Made by a program: the position numbers and the translations under genes. The notes below the pieces were generated by a model that was not told the DNA's origin, ran no database searches, and saw only the letters and a program-made list of their open reading frames with translations. Below, piece by piece: positions 30,122 through 42,344 of a stretch of 51,140 nucleotides of DNA; position 1 is the stretch's first letter; each line of letters opens with the position of its first letter. This stretch comes from Bacillota bacterium (GTDB lineage Bacteria > Bacillota > Clostridia > Oscillospirales > CAG-272), in contig JAQXSY010000078.1 of NCBI GenBank assembly GCA_029219205.1, positions 1 through 51,140 on the forward strand. Direction: 5' to 3'.

Positions 30122-32608
30122 TTATTCTTCGAATTCTTCATCCGTCTCTTCTTCCGTTTTGCCGTCGGACTTAACAACCGTCATATTAACGAGCTTTGCT
30201 CCGTCGGAAAGACGCATAAGTATAACTCCCTGGGAAACTCTTCCAACAGAGGATATGCCGTTTACGTGGGTTCTGATAACCGTTCCGGCGTCGGTAATAA
30301 AGAGAACGTCGTCGTCTTCGGAGACCGCGGAAACAGCGCTGAGCTTACCGGTTTTTTCGGTTATGTTATGACACTTCATTCCCTTTCCGCCGCGGTTGTG
30401 TCCCGCAAATTCATCAAACGAGGTCTGTTTGCCGTATCCGTTTTCTGTTACGGTAAGCAGCTTTTTATTTTCGTCAACAATAGAAACGCCGACGACTCTG
30501 TCTCCCTCTTCAAGACGGATACCGATAACTCCGGACGCGGTTCTTCCCATAGGACGAACCTGACTTACCGGGAATCTGACGGCAAGTCCATTCTTCGAAG
30601 CAATGATTATTTCTTCTTCCGGAGCCGTACTCAGAACAAATCCAAGTTCGTCGCCTTCATCAAGTGAAATTGCGATCTTACCGTTGCGGTTAATGCGTTC
30701 AAATTCGGAAAGAGATGTGCGTTTGATCGTACCGCCGCGCGTAATCATTGTAAGATAATCGGCTTCATCAAACATTTCGGCGGATATCAGAGCCGTAACC
30801 TCTTCGTCGGGCTGTATATCGATAATATTAATTATGTTTGAACCCTTTGCCGTGCGCGACGATTCCGGAATCTGATAAGCCTTTATTGAATAAACCTTTC
30901 CCTTATCGGTAAACATAAGCAGAGTCGAATGAGAATTGACCGCAGCTACCTTTTCAACCGAGTCCTCTTCCTTCGTTGTCATTCCTATGATCCCTTTTCC
31001 GCCGCGCTTTTGCGCCTGATAAACATCGGAGGGAAGACGCTTGACATAGCCGTCTCCGGTCAGCGTAATAACGCAGGTGTGACGCTCGATTATATCTTCG
31101 AGCATAATTTCATTTTCAACTTCAACGATTTCGGTCCGGCGTTCGTCGTTGTAGCGGTTTTTAATGTCCGTAAGATCATTTTTAATTATTTCTTTGAGCT
31201 TAATTTCATCGTCAAGCACCGCTCTGTATTCGGCAATAAGCGAGCGAAGCTCTTCAAGACGCGCCTCAACCTTTTCACGTTCCATTCCCGAAAGCTTACC
31301 GAGCGTCATATCGACGATTGCCTGAGCCTGAGCGTCGGTCAGTCCGAATGATTCGCAGAGTTTTGCCTTTGCGTCCGGAATCGATTCGCTTGAGCGAATT
31401 ATCTTTATGACCGCTTCGATATTGTCTATCGCAATTTTATATCCCTCAAAAATATGTTCGTCGCGCAGAGCTTTGTCAAGATCAAAACGAACGCGCCTTG
31501 TTACAACATCCTTCTGATGCGCAATGTAGTATTCAAGAATCTGCTTCAGATTAAGCACCCGTGGCTCGTTGTTTACAAGCGCAAGCATATTCACCGCACA
31601 CGTATCCTCAAGCTGAGTATATTTATACAACTGATTGAGAATAAGCTGTCCGTTTGCGTCGTGACGGTATTCTATAACGATACGCATACCGGCCCTGCCC
31701 GTTTCGTCACGAAGCGCGGTTATGCCTTCAATACGCTTTTCCTTTACGCAGTCGGCGATGCTGATTACAAGATTCGCCTTATTTACCATGTAAGGAATTT
31801 CCGTAACAATAATCCTGTGCTTGTCTTCCTCAATTTCCGCTTTTGCACGTACCATTATACGTCCTTTTCCGGTCATGTAGGACTCTTTTATACCGTTGTA
31901 GCCGTATATTGTGGCGCGAGTCGGAAAATCGGGACCTTTTATAAACTGCATAAGCTCCGGAATCGTCGCTTCGGGATGCTCCATAAGATAAATTGTACCG
32001 TCGATGACTTCGCCCATATTGTGAGGCGGAATATTTGTCGCCATACCGACCGCTATACCGACCGAGCCGTTTACAAGAATATTCGGAAAACGGGACGGAA
32101 GAACCGTCGGCTCCAAAAGCTTGTTATCGAAGTTCGGAGCCATATCGACGACGTTTTTATTTATATCCGAAAGCATTTCGCCCGCAAGCTTGGACAGTCT
32201 CGCCTCGGTATAACGGTAAGCAGCGGCTCCGTCTCCGTCGACGTTGCCGAAGTTTCCCTGTCCGTCAATTAAAAGATATCTGAGCGAGAACGGCTGAGCC
32301 AGTCTTACCATTGCGTCGTAAACCGAAGAGTCGCCGTGCGGATGATACCGTCCGAGTACGTTACCGACCGTTGCAGCCGATTTATGATACGGCTTATCAT
32401 ATGTCAGCTTATCCTCGTTCATTGCGTAAAGAATTCGTCTGTGCACCGGCTTCAGACCGTCGCGCACATCCGGAAGGGCTCTTGACTTTATAACCGACAT
32501 TGCATACTGTATAAAGGAAGCTTTAACTTCCTTTTCCATGCCCACGTCAATTATTTTTTGATTTTCAAATTCAAAATTTTCATCCTCGTGTTGATTTTTC
32601 TTAGCCAC
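30122..32608 (-). CDS. gyrA: DNA gyrase subunit A
   Basis: [31 protein letters not shown], GyrA-box QKRGGKG. Confidence 0.97.
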   Translation of the reverse strand: MAKKNQHEDENFEFENQKIIDVGMEKEVKASFIQYAMSVIKSRALPDVRDGLKPVHRRILYAMNEDKLTYDKPYHKSAATVGNVLGRYHPHGDSSVYDAMVRLAQPFSLRYLLIDGQGNFGNVDGDGAAAYRYTEARLSKLAGEMLSDINKNVVDMAPNFDNKLLEPTVLPSRFPNILVNGSVGIAVGMATNIPPHNMGEVIDGTIYLMEHPEATIPELMQFIKGPDFPTRATIYGYNGIKESYMTGKGRIMVRAKAEIEEDKHRIIVTEIPYMVNKANLVISIADCVKEKRIEGITALRDETGRAGMRIVIEYRHDANGQLILNQLYKYTQLEDTCAVNMLALVNNEPRVLNLKQILEYYIAHQKDVVTRRVRFDLDKALRDEHIFEGYKIAIDNIEAVIKIIRSSESIPDAKAKLCESFGLTDAQAQAIVDMTLGKLSGMEREKVEARLEELRSLIAEYRAVLDDEIKLKEIIKNDLTDIKNRYNDERRTEIVEVENEIMLEDIIERHTCVITLTGDGYVKRLPSDVYQAQKRGGKGIIGMTTKEEDSVEKVAAVNSHSTLLMFTDKGKVYSIKAYQIPESSRTAKGSNIINIIDIQPDEEVTALISAEMFDEADYLTMITRGGTIKRTSLSEFERINRNGKIAISLDEGDELGFVLSTAPEEEIIIASKNGLAVRFPVSQVRPMGRTASGVIGIRLEEGDRVVGVSIVDENKKLLTVTENGYGKQTSFDEFAGHNRGGKGMKCHNITEKTGKLSAVSAVSEDDDVLFITDAGTVIRTHVNGISSVGRVSQGVILMRLSDGAKLVNMTVVKSDGKTEEETDEEFEE

Positions 32609-32639
32609 TTTAAAATTCCTTTCTTCTGCCGAAACGGAG

Positions 32640-32927
32640 TTATCAACAAGTTTTCAACAGCTTTTCTCATATTTTTCATCATATTATTTTTTTGAAAATC
32701 TGCTTTTTAAAACTCAAATAAACCATCCGTCACGGCATCTGTCCACCGATATCCTACAAGTTTTCCACATTTGATCAACAACCTGTGGAAAACAGAACTG
32801 TTCTTATTTTTGATAATATTATTCAAGAAAAAACTTTGCATTTATTACTGTCATGCCGATTTTTTACTCAAACAAACAACCAGTTTTCAACAAGTTTTTC
32901 ACATGCTGTTGAAAACAGTTATTCACA
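32640..32927. promoter_or_regulatory. DnaA-box cluster between gyrB and gyrA
   Basis: TTATCAACA 32640, TTTTCAACA 32651 and 32884, TTTTCCACA 32761, TGTGGAAAA 32784, TTTTTCACA 32895, TGTTGAAAA 32907, TTATTCACA 32919. Confidence 0.8.
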
Positions 32928-32933
32928 TTTTTT

Positions 32934-34895
<1,962 letters not shown>

Positions 34896-34910
34896 TTAAG
34901 TGGTCCTTTC

Positions 34911-35195
34911 TGTGGAAATGATCCGTATTTAAAACCCGGCTGTGGAAAATATTATTTTTTCCTTTGGCGCGGGGAGAATAAAAACATAGATAAGATAAGA
35001 ATATGTATAAACAAAAGTAATCGAAGTAAGGATTGTGGAAAATGTGGAAAACCGCTTGAAACAAGCCTGTCATGCAGTTTTGCCGGACAATAAAAACTAA
35101 AAATTAGCTGTGGAAAACGCAGTAAAAGCTGTTGCCGGAATCTGAAATCATAAATATGACATCCTGTGACAAGCCTGTGGAAAACTTGTGAGAAA
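34911..35195. promoter_or_regulatory. Putative oriC: DnaA boxes, DnaA-trio-like run and AT-rich tract
   Basis: TGTGGAAAA at 34941, 35034, 35043, 35109, 35176; near matches at 34911 and 35187; AT-rich tract about 34977-35020. Confidence 0.85.
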
Positions 35196-35201
35196 CCTGC
35201 G

Positions 35202-36695
35202 TCAGCGATTTTTCAGTTCCGATATCAGTCCTTTTACCTCGGCCTCATACTGAGGATTTGTCTTAATTTTATTTTCTACCGTTTCAAGAGAGTTTATTAT
35301 TGTTGAATGGTCTCGGTTGAAAACTTTTCCTATTGCCGGAAGCGACATATCGGTCATTGTGCGGATTATATATATTGCAATATGACGCGGTGCCGTAAGC
35401 TCCGATGAGCGTCCTTTGCCTTTCAGCGCTTCAACCGTAACGCCGTACTTTTTTGTTACAAGATTCAGAATTTTGTCAACGGTGACGCTTACCGGTTCCG
35501 AGCCTGTAAGCATATCGGAAATCGAACGTATAGCAAGATCAATCGTAATCGGAGCGCCGCTGAGAAAGCTCTTTGCCGCGATCTTTCTGACCGCTCCTTC
35601 AAGCTGTCGTACATTTGAGTGAAGATTCTCGGCTATGTACGCCATGACGTCAGTCGGCATCTGAATGCCGACGGCTTCCGTTTTGGCTTTTAAAATAGCC
35701 ATTCTCAGCTCCATGTCCGGAGGCTGTATATCTGCGCCGAGTGCGCTTTCAAAACGTGTTCTCAGACGTTCCTCAAGCGTTTTCATTTCGCGAGGAGGAC
35801 GGTCTGAGGTCATTATGATCTGCTTGTTGTTTTCGTAAAGCGCATTGAAAGTATGGAAAAATTCTTCCTGCGTCGATACTTTTCCTGCGATGAACTGTAT
35901 ATCGTCGATCAGCAATACGTCGGTCTGTCGGTACTTTTCACGGAACTGCTTTGTGATATTACGGCTTATAGAGTCTATAAGCTGATTTGTAAAATCTTCT
36001 CCTTTGACGTAAACAACCTTTTTGTCCGGCAGAGTTTTCTGAACGCGGTCGATAACTGCGTAGAGCAGGTGTGTTTTGCCGAGACCGCTCGGACCGTATA
36101 TAAGCAGGGGATTTGTGTTTCCTCCCGGATCCGCCGCCGCCGCTATACACGCCGAATGAGCAAACCGGTTTGAGCTTCCGACAACAAAGGTCTCAAAGGT
36201 ATATTCAAATTTATTAAATTTGTAAACGTCTGCGTAGTTAATGATTTTTGAATCGCCGACCGAAGTGAATATTTCCGGATTTGCAGGTTTTTCGTCGGTT
36301 TTTTGAACGTCCGTACTATCCGGCGGAAGAATGCATCCGATTTTATTTTCGGTTTTTTTCGAATTTTTATTATCTTCAAACGAAGTGTCTTCTTTTTGAA
36401 GCCGTATTTCCGAAAGCACCTTGCTCTGCGCTTGGTCCGAACGGATGTCAACGCTGACTTTGTATCCTAAAAGCTCCGCCAGCGCCTTTTCTATCTCCGT
36501 ACGGTATTTGTCGCCTCGTACAATGTCTCGTTTAAAATCGCTCTTTGCGACAAGTACAACGCTTGTATCGGTTATCATAACGATTTTAAGCTCTTTGAAC
36601 CAGAGATTCATCGTTGTTTCCGTATATTGAGTATTTCTTTCAATAACCTTGAGCGCGGCTTCCCAGACCTCGCTGTATTCAACATTTTCTGACAT
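35202..36695 (-). CDS. dnaA: Chromosomal replication initiator DnaA
   Basis: YTFETFVVG.SN, NPLLIYGPSGLGKTHL, LLIDDIQF, QEEFFHTFN, domain IV SLPAIG..F.RDHST. Confidence 0.97.
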   Translation of the reverse strand: MSENVEYSEVWEAALKVIERNTQYTETTMNLWFKELKIVMITDTSVVLVAKSDFKRDIVRGDKYRTEIEKALAELLGYKVSVDIRSDQAQSKVLSEIRLQKEDTSFEDNKNSKKTENKIGCILPPDSTDVQKTDEKPANPEIFTSVGDSKIINYADVYKFNKFEYTFETFVVGSSNRFAHSACIAAAADPGGNTNPLLIYGPSGLGKTHLLYAVIDRVQKTLPDKKVVYVKGEDFTNQLIDSISRNITKQFREKYRQTDVLLIDDIQFIAGKVSTQEEFFHTFNALYENNKQIIMTSDRPPREMKTLEERLRTRFESALGADIQPPDMELRMAILKAKTEAVGIQMPTDVMAYIAENLHSNVRQLEGAVRKIAAKSFLSGAPITIDLAIRSISDMLTGSEPVSVTVDKILNLVTKKYGVTVEALKGKGRSSELTAPRHIAIYIIRTMTDMSLPAIGKVFNRDHSTIINSLETVENKIKTNPQYEAEVKGLISELKNR

Positions 36696-36766
36696 GGCAG
36701 CTCCTTTGTAGGTTTATATGCGTCATTTTGGGGATTTATCGGTTTTATGTGCTTTGTGTCCCGGAA

Positions 36767-36802
36767 TTAACGGAGTTAATTTCTTAACGGAGTTAATTTC
36801 TT
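36767..36802. repeat. 17-bp tandem direct repeat upstream of dnaA
   Basis: TTAACGGAGTTAATTTC x2, exact. Confidence 0.85.
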
Positions 36803-36884
36803 GCCGATACGATTTTAAGCTCCTTAAACCGAAGATTTATCGTTTTTTTTGTATACTATTTCCGTCAGCCATTTTGAAAAATTG

Positions 36885-37121
36885 TCAGATTTCTCTGTTC
36901 TGTAAGGTCGAGGTTGAAATCTGCGACAGTATAACCTTGTTATCGTCTGTTAGAATAAAGGATTTCGGCAGCTCTTCCGCCGCCGTATCTGTGGCGCCGT
37001 TTTTCTCATGCGTTTTAAGAAAATCGCGGGTGTCGGCGGATACGGTCGCCGTATCAAGATCAAAAATTCCGATTATTTTCGAACATAAAATATTTTTACT
37101 GTTTCCGATGTGAAGAAACAT
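36885..37121 (-). CDS. remB: RemB/DUF370 family protein
   Basis: MFLHIG...IIGIFDLD...PKSFIL...LSQISTSTL; GGAGGA RBS; follows recF. Confidence 0.88.
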   Translation of the reverse strand: MFLHIGNSKNILCSKIIGIFDLDTATVSADTRDFLKTHEKNGATDTAAEELPKSFILTDDNKVILSQISTSTLQNREI

Positions 37122-37135
37122 AACTATCCTCCGCA

Positions 37136-38218
37136 CTAAAGCAATTCGGGAACTCCGCCGGACACTTTATACGCTTTTCCCTTTAATTTAACAGCCGGCT
37201 CGCAGGACGTCATGATAACCTGACGTCCGCCTATACCGGAAAGCAGATACTCTCTCCTGCGCTCGTCAAGCTCGCTCAGAACATCGTCGAAAAGAAAAAC
37301 GGGATATTCTCCGGTATACTCCTTTGAAAGCTCGCCTTCGGCAAGCTTCATCGCGAGCGCAATCGACCTCTGCTGACCTCTTGAAGCAAACGTACGCGCG
37401 TCTTTTCCGGACAAAGTAATTTGTATATCGTCCTTGTGAATTCCGTAGAGCGTGCAGCCTGCGCGCAGCTCTGCGTCAATATTTTCAGTCAGAAGCTTAA
37501 GATATGCGGATTTATCGCGCGGCGTCCGATAAACAAGACCGGCAACTTCGGCTCCGCCTGTCATATCTTTTACAAACGCTCCGGCTGCCTCTCCGAGCCG
37601 TTTTATATAGCAGTCGCGTTTTGAAGCAATAATTTCCGCTTCAAAGGCAAGCTGTTCCGACCATATTTCGATTGTGTCAATAAGCGAGTGCGGCGCGTTG
37701 GGCTCGCGGCAGGCGCGCAGGAGAGCGTTTCGCTGACTTAAGATATTGCTGTACTTTCTGAGCGACGAAAGATACAGCTTGTCCGACTGAGAAAGCGCCA
37801 CATCTGCAAACGAGCGCCTTGCCGCCGGTCCGTCGCAGACAATGGACAAATGCTGCGGGCAAAACAAAACCGCTCTGAAAAATCCGATCATTTCGCTCAT
37901 AAGAGTAACCGGCGCGCCGTTTTTACGGCAGAATCGCTTGTGATTTTCACCGTCCCACCTGACGCTCATCAGACAGCTTCCGGACGTTTCGTTTTCGCAG
38001 GAGAGCGAAAGTCCGGCTGACTGTTCGCCGTAGCGTATAAGTTCCGAATCGTGCGAGGAGCGGAAGCTTCTGCCTGACGCAAAAATGTATATTCCTTCAA
38101 GCAGGTTGGTTTTTCCCTGCCCGTTCATACCGCCGATGAATGTGACCTCGGGATCCGGCTCAATAACGGCGTCCTCGATATTGCGGTAATTATGGTATTT
38201 TATACGCTCGAGGCGCAT
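37136..38218 (-). CDS. recF: DNA replication/repair protein RecF
   Basis: YRN, GMNGQGKTNLLE, SFR, ASRGQQRS, LFDDVLSELD; start taken at ATG 38218. Confidence 0.95.
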   Translation of the reverse strand: MRLERIKYHNYRNIEDAVIEPDPEVTFIGGMNGQGKTNLLEGIYIFASGRSFRSSHDSELIRYGEQSAGLSLSCENETSGSCLMSVRWDGENHKRFCRKNGAPVTLMSEMIGFFRAVLFCPQHLSIVCDGPAARRSFADVALSQSDKLYLSSLRKYSNILSQRNALLRACREPNAPHSLIDTIEIWSEQLAFEAEIIASKRDCYIKRLGEAAGAFVKDMTGGAEVAGLVYRTPRDKSAYLKLLTENIDAELRAGCTLYGIHKDDIQITLSGKDARTFASRGQQRSIALAMKLAEGELSKEYTGEYPVFLFDDVLSELDERRREYLLSGIGGRQVIMTSCEPAVKLKGKAYKVSGGVPELL

Positions 38219-38222
38219 GGAA

Positions 38223-39371
38223 TTATTTAATGTGACGGACCGGACCGACAATCATGAGAAAACGCTTGTCTTCCTCTTCATCGTCCGGCTCGATAAGCGT
38301 AAACGAAAGCGGAGAGGTCATTGAGAGCTTGACGGTGTCGCTTTTCAAAGCCTTCATAGAGTCGCATAAATACCGGCAGTTGTAGCATATTTCAATATCC
38401 GGACCGGTTTTTTTAATTAAGGGAATATCGTCGCTGACGCTGTTTGTAATAGAAACGGCGCTGATGTTAAGCGATCCGTCCGTAAAATTCAAAATTACCG
38501 GAGTTTTTGCTTGTCCGGGCTGACGGTCCTCGGTAACGAGAAGCGCTCTGTCAAGCGCGTCGCTGAACTGTTCTTTGTCAATTTTTACATTAATTTCGCT
38601 CGATTTCGGAATTATCCGTTCGTAGTCGATGTATTCAACGTCGATCAGACGCGCGAACATGGTGTAGCGCTCGGTTTCAAAGAGAATGTGCTTGCGTCCG
38701 AGTCTGAGGGTGACCGCATCTCCGTCGCCGAGCAGACGCATAAGCTCGTCGGTTGTTTTAAGCGGAAGAATAAAGCGCATATCGATTTCTTCGCCGTCAT
38801 CATTTATCGAGGTAAGCTCGGTTTTCTGTTCACAGAGCGCAAGTCTGAATCCGTCGCTTCCGACCGCTGTGAAAACGCCGCCGCATACCTTCATGAAAAC
38901 GCCGTTGAGAGAGGGTCTGGGGTCGTTTAACGCAGCGGAAAACGCTGTGCATCTGATAAGCTCTGCAAGGTCGTCCTGCTTCATTGAAAAGCCCTTGTCG
39001 CTTGTAATTTCGGGCAGATCCGGGTAAGCCGATCCGGGCTGCGCCTGAAGCTCAAATACCGATTTTCCGTTATATATTCTTGTTTTCAGAGTTTTTTCAT
39101 CGATTTCGACAGTAACGTTTCCCGCAGGCATCGCTTTAATGATTTGGGCAAATCTCATAGCGTTAAGTAAAAAGAAGCCTTCCTCTTCGACTCGGCACGG
39201 TACAGTTACCTTTATTCCCTTTTCAAGATCATATCCGACAAACAGGCATCCGTCGCCGCAAGTTTGCATAAGAACACAGTCAAGCGCTTTGATTGTATTT
39301 TTTCCGGACGCGACCGAGCATACGGGAGCCGTCGATTCAATAAGCTTGTCACGATCAATCGTTATCTTCAT
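38223..39371 (-). CDS. dnaN: DNA polymerase III beta clamp
   Basis: YDLE, RPSLNGV, SDGFRLA, YIDYERIIP, YNCRYL.D, C-terminal PVR. Confidence 0.93.
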   Translation of the reverse strand: MKITIDRDKLIESTAPVCSVASGKNTIKALDCVLMQTCGDGCLFVGYDLEKGIKVTVPCRVEEEGFFLLNAMRFAQIIKAMPAGNVTVEIDEKTLKTRIYNGKSVFELQAQPGSAYPDLPEITSDKGFSMKQDDLAELIRCTAFSAALNDPRPSLNGVFMKVCGGVFTAVGSDGFRLALCEQKTELTSINDDGEEIDMRFILPLKTTDELMRLLGDGDAVTLRLGRKHILFETERYTMFARLIDVEYIDYERIIPKSSEINVKIDKEQFSDALDRALLVTEDRQPGQAKTPVILNFTDGSLNISAVSITNSVSDDIPLIKKTGPDIEICYNCRYLCDSMKALKSDTVKLSMTSPLSFTLIEPDDEEEDKRFLMIVGPVRHIK

Positions 39372-39414
39372 GTCGTTTTTCCTTTTCCTACATATTAATA
39401 TATATACTAAATAT

Positions 39415-39443
39415 ATTATATCACATTACACGTCTGAATGCAA
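39415..39443 (-). promoter_or_regulatory. Sigma-A promoter for dnaN
   Basis: Minus strand TTGCAT-17 bp-(TGn)TATAAT. Confidence 0.7.
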
Positions 39444-39561
39444 GCGAAAAACCGCCTTTGAAGGAAAAGAAAAACCGGTATTTTTCAAAAGATTTTGTAA
39501 AAATAAAAACAGCCGGCGCAAGACTGCAAATACAGCGCGCCGGCCAAAAAAAGGTATGTAA

Positions 39562-40818
39562 TTATCTCTTTGAGAGGACGTTATTTTCGTATGACTTGAC
39601 TTCGCACAGCCAATCGTTCCTTTGAGGAACATTCTGAGTTTCGCAGTAGCGGTCCCATACGGCGGCAAAGGGATACGACTTAAGCTCTTCAAGAAGTGCG
39701 AGCCGCGACGTATAATCCATATCGTTTTCATATTTACGAAGCAGCGCGGTAGGCTCGAGCTTTGCATAAAGAAGCGCTTTCTGCATATTGCGGGAACCGA
39801 TTACCCATGCGGCGATGCGGTTTATGGAGGCGTCAAAATAATCGAGGCCGATATGAACGCGGTCCTCAAAACCGTTGCGTACAATCTCAAGCGCAATATA
39901 TTTCAGCTCGTCGTCAAAAATTACGACATGATCGCTGTCCCAGCGTACCGGACGCGAAACGTGAAGCAGTATCTCGTCAAGGAAGAGTAGCGCAGAAGAT
40001 ATTTTGTCGGAAATCTGTTCCGTCGGATGGAAATGACCGGCGTCAAAGGTGAGAAGAGTGTTGTTTTTAACCGCGTAGCCCATAAGGAATTCGTGAGAAC
40101 CTATGGTGCAGGATTCCGCTCCTATTCCGAAAAGCTTGGATTCGATAGAGTCACGCGTATATTTCGGATCGAGCTTGAGCGCGAATATTTTGTCGTAGGA
40201 ATCCTTGAGTCGCGCGCGGTATGCCAAACGGTCTACCGGGATGTCCTTAAAGCCGTCGGGTGTCCAGTGATTCGTAATGCAGGTGCTGCCCATTTTTTCG
40301 CCTATGTACGCGGCGATTTTACGGCAGTTCAGCGCGTGCTCAATCCAGAAGCTGCGTATTCCTTCGTCGTGGTGGCTGAGCGTAAAGCCGTCGGAGGCAA
40401 GCGGATGCGACATGAAGGTTGTATTGAAGTCGATGCCGAAGCCGTTCTTTTTCGCCCATTCGATCCATGAGTCAAAATGTTTGGGCTGGGGTTCGTTTCG
40501 CGGCACGTTTTCTCCGAGATTGTCAAGATAGATTTCATGAAGCGAAATGCGTTTTATTCCGGGAATGAGCGACGCGGCTTTTGTAAAGTCGTCGCGGAGC
40601 TGATCAATATTAGTTGCTCTGCCGGGATAGTTGCCGGTTGTCTGGATGCCTCCGGAAAGAGCTGCGTCGGGATTTTCAAAGCCGTGAACGTCGTCGCCCT
40701 GCCAGCATTGTATGGAAATCGGTATCTTTGCGGTTTCTGCAATCGCCTTTTCGGTGTCGACGCCTAACTTTGCGTAAAGCTCCTTTGCGTATTCATAGGT
40801 TTTTTCGGTTGTTGACAT
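39562..40818 (-). CDS. rhaA: L-rhamnose isomerase
   Basis: CWQGDD, TGNYPGRA, ESKLFGIG.E, HVSRPVRWDSDH. Confidence 0.95.
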   Translation of the reverse strand: MSTTEKTYEYAKELYAKLGVDTEKAIAETAKIPISIQCWQGDDVHGFENPDAALSGGIQTTGNYPGRATNIDQLRDDFTKAASLIPGIKRISLHEIYLDNLGENVPRNEPQPKHFDSWIEWAKKNGFGIDFNTTFMSHPLASDGFTLSHHDEGIRSFWIEHALNCRKIAAYIGEKMGSTCITNHWTPDGFKDIPVDRLAYRARLKDSYDKIFALKLDPKYTRDSIESKLFGIGAESCTIGSHEFLMGYAVKNNTLLTFDAGHFHPTEQISDKISSALLFLDEILLHVSRPVRWDSDHVVIFDDELKYIALEIVRNGFEDRVHIGLDYFDASINRIAAWVIGSRNMQKALLYAKLEPTALLRKYENDMDYTSRLALLEELKSYPFAAVWDRYCETQNVPQRNDWLCEVKSYENNVLSKR

Positions 40819-40847
40819 AATTAATATTCCTTTATATGTATAAAAAT

Positions 40848-42317
40848 TTACTTTGCAATCTTAATAAAACGCTCGTAGCCTTCATCCCACATATCGGTAT
40901 TTTCAGGCTCGTATTCCTTTACGTCGAAGGAATTGCGAACGACTTCACGCGCCTCCGAAAGCGATCCGATTTCGCCCAAACCTATTGCCTGAACCGCGAG
41001 ATTTCCTATTGCGGTCGCTTCAGTGGGGCCGGCGATTACGGGTCTGCCGCAGGCAGAGGCGGCAAAGCGGCAAAGCGGAGCTTCCTTTGTTCCGCCGCCG
41101 ACAATGTTTATAAACGGAACGCGGTGGCCTTTCAGCAAATCAATCTGTTCTGCGGTCTGGCGGTATTTCATTGCAAGACTGTCGAAAATGCAGCGTACAA
41201 TTTCTCCGACGGTTTCCGGAACCGGCTGATTTGTCTCGCGGCAGAAGTCCGCGATACGCTTTGGCATGTTTCCGGGCGCCGCAAAACGGTTATCTGCCGG
41301 GTCGATAAAGGAACGGAGCGGCTTTGAGGCGACTGCCATATCGGAAAGCTCATCATAGCTGTATTTCTTTCCTTCGCGCGCCCACTGACGGCGCGATTCC
41401 TGCTCGAGCCAGAGTCCCATAATATTTTTGAGGAAACGAATCTTTCCTCCGACGCCGCCTTCATTTGCGAAACCGTATTCCAACGCTGCCTTTTCCGTGT
41501 TCGGAGCGTCAAGCTCGGTTCCCATAAGCGACCATGTTCCGCTGCTTATGTATGTAAAATCGTTTCCGTTGGCGGGAACTGCCGCAACGGCTGAAGCGGT
41601 GTCGTGCGAAGCTGTGAGATAGATGTCCGGAGACATTGTACCGCCGAATTCTTCAACGATTGAGCTTCTGAGCTTGCCGACCTTGGTTCCCGGCATCGAT
41701 ATATCGGTAAAGATTTTTGAAGGGATGCCGAATTTTTCAATCATATCGAACGCCCAGTTGCGCGTTTTTGCATCGAGCAGCGCTCCGGTTGATGCAATCG
41801 TATATTCGGTTCGCATTTCACCGGTGAGGAAATAGTTCAGCAGGTCGGGCATAAAGAGCAGCTTCTCTGCTTTGTCAAGCGCGCCCGGATCCTCGCGAAG
41901 TCTTGCGAGAAGCTGGAAAACGGTATTGATGTTTATAAGCTGGATACCTGTTGTGCCGTAAAATTCGGATACCGGAACTTTTTTGTAGGCATATTCCTGA
42001 ATATTGTCGGTAAGCGTATCGCGGTAGTTATGAGGGTTGCCGAGCAGTCTTCCGTTTCGGTCGAGCAATCCGTAATCTACGCCCCAGGTGTCGATTGCAA
42101 CGCTTTTAATATCGCGGTCGTCGGACAGTGCGCATTTGTTGAGCGCGGCTTTTATCTCAAAAAATATACGAAGCGTGTCCCAGTGGAAGGTGTTTCCGAC
42201 CATAACGGGATCGTTTGAAAAGCGGTGTATTTCGTTCAGAGTAAGCTTTTTTCCGTCGAATTCACCGACTATACCTCTGCCGCTTGATGCGCCGAGGTCT
42301 ATTGCGAGCATTTTCAT
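40848..42317 (-). CDS. rhaB: Rhamnulokinase (FGGY family)
   Basis: LAIDLGASSGR, IDTWGVDY, SHDTASA, ISSGTWSL.G, LKNIMGLW; adjacent to rhaA. Confidence 0.9.
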   Translation of the reverse strand: MKMLAIDLGASSGRGIVGEFDGKKLTLNEIHRFSNDPVMVGNTFHWDTLRIFFEIKAALNKCALSDDRDIKSVAIDTWGVDYGLLDRNGRLLGNPHNYRDTLTDNIQEYAYKKVPVSEFYGTTGIQLININTVFQLLARLREDPGALDKAEKLLFMPDLLNYFLTGEMRTEYTIASTGALLDAKTRNWAFDMIEKFGIPSKIFTDISMPGTKVGKLRSSIVEEFGGTMSPDIYLTASHDTASAVAAVPANGNDFTYISSGTWSLMGTELDAPNTEKAALEYGFANEGGVGGKIRFLKNIMGLWLEQESRRQWAREGKKYSYDELSDMAVASKPLRSFIDPADNRFAAPGNMPKRIADFCRETNQPVPETVGEIVRCIFDSLAMKYRQTAEQIDLLKGHRVPFINIVGGGTKEAPLCRFAASACGRPVIAGPTEATAIGNLAVQAIGLGEIGSLSEAREVVRNSFDVKEYEPENTDMWDEGYERFIKIAK

Positions 42318-42344
42318 ATGTAGAATGTTCCTTTCGGGTGGAAA

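Noticed and set aside
36718-37113. Plus-strand 131-aa ORF
   Set aside because: Antisense to remB and the dnaA upstream region
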